DNA of 55,574 bases from contig SCQK01000001.1 of NCBI GenBank assembly GCA_004321885.1, forward strand, positions 1 to 55,574, given 5' to 3'. Under the pieces are notes generated by a model. It searched no databases. It was not told where the DNA came from and saw only the letters and a list, made by a program, of their open reading frames with translations. Made by a program: the position numbers and the translations under genes. Origin of the DNA: Patescibacteria group bacterium (GTDB lineage: Bacteria > Patescibacteriota > Patescibacteriia > Magasanikbacterales > GWA2-37-8). Below are positions 54,754 to 55,574 of the stretch, one piece after another (within the stretch, counting starts at the first letter, position 1; each line of letters begins with the position of its first letter).

Positions 54754-55574
54754 TGGACGGAGAAAGCAGGCGAGAAAAGAAACTGAAAAGAACCTGTAAG
54801 TTTTTGGTATTTACAGGGTTTTTAGCTTTCTCATTTTTTGTTTTCTCGTTTGTAAAAAATTCGCGCGCCGCTTCGCCGCCGAATATCATCACCTATCAGG
54901 GCAAACTACTGCAGTCAAATTATCTGGCCACCACCACGCAGAACATGTATTTTATTTTGTACGACGCGGCTTCGGGCGGTAATGCGCTGTACTCGGCTTC
55001 GGGCACTGTTGGCTCGCCCAATTTTGTCGCGCTCTTGCCGGTGAAGGGGCTATTCACAGTGAACTTGGGCGGTTCGGGTACAAACAATTTGGACCCGGAG
55101 CTTTTCAAAAATTACGGCACGGTTTATCTGGAAGTGCGGGTCGGAGCTGATACCTTGTCGCCGAGAAAACAAATCACGGCCGCGCCTTATGCCTTTAACG
55201 CCAAGTACCTTGATGGTGTGGGTACTAATACTGTTTCTTCCACGGTTTATATCCCGGTCTCGGACGGCTCGGGCAATTTTGCTTTCAGAAGCACCACCAT
55301 CACCACTTCAACAATCGCCAATTTTATTTCTTCCAATGTCAGCATCACAGGCGGCAGTATCGCCGGCATTACTGACCTGGCGTTGGCTGACGGCGGCACG
55401 AACGCTTCACTCACCGCGGTTGCCGGGGGTGTAGTGTATTCCACGGCCTCGGCCCTGGCCATCAGTTCCACCGGCACAGCCGGCTGGCTTTTGCTCTCCG
55501 GCGGCACCGGCGCTCCCACCTGGGTCAACAGCACCACTATCATGGCTGGCGGTGGCTGGACAGACGATGGCACC
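54754..55574 (+). CDS. partial large surface protein with an N-terminal TM anchor (3' end outside the window)
   Basis: ATG at 54754 after a TGcTATAAT element. ...IITYQGKLLQSNY...NMYFILYDAASGGNALYSASG... resembles the conserved N-terminal module of tail-fibre-domain-like surface proteins of small-genome bacteria. Confidence 0.6.

Overview
This 55.6-kb window is chromosomal and lies in the replication-origin neighbourhood of a small-genome bacterium. Gene content and surface-protein style suggest a CPR/Patescibacteria-like lineage, but that is inference. Backbone genes are dnaN-dnaA (minus strand) with DnaA boxes and an AT-rich stretch between them, followed by rpmH-rnpA-yidD. Cell-envelope genes include a class A PBP, lspA, a 3D-domain protein, a LysM-M23 peptidase, an O-antigen-ligase-like TPR protein and an H+-pyrophosphatase. 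There is an AbiEi/AbiEii type IV toxin-antitoxin pair with two unusual downstream genes. polA, arfB and folD are followed by a near-complete de novo purine operon (purA, purL, purM, purQ, purC, purB, purF, purN, purH) with three apparent gene fusions: purF-purD, purC-purE and purQ-purS-like. holA, rpsT, rmuC and three tRNAs (Cys, Arg, Ala) are also present. Four short palindromic repeat families are scattered through the window. Many copies sit in frame inside essential genes, reminiscent of Rickettsia palindromic elements. Four GC-rich islets carry orphan genes. There is a hairpin-dense 246-bp element bounded by a perfect inverted repeat, a candidate ~300-nt ncRNA with a perfect consensus promoter, and a second DnaA-box cluster far from dnaA. 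Coordinates were counted by hand from the numbered sequence lines and may be off by 1-2 nt.
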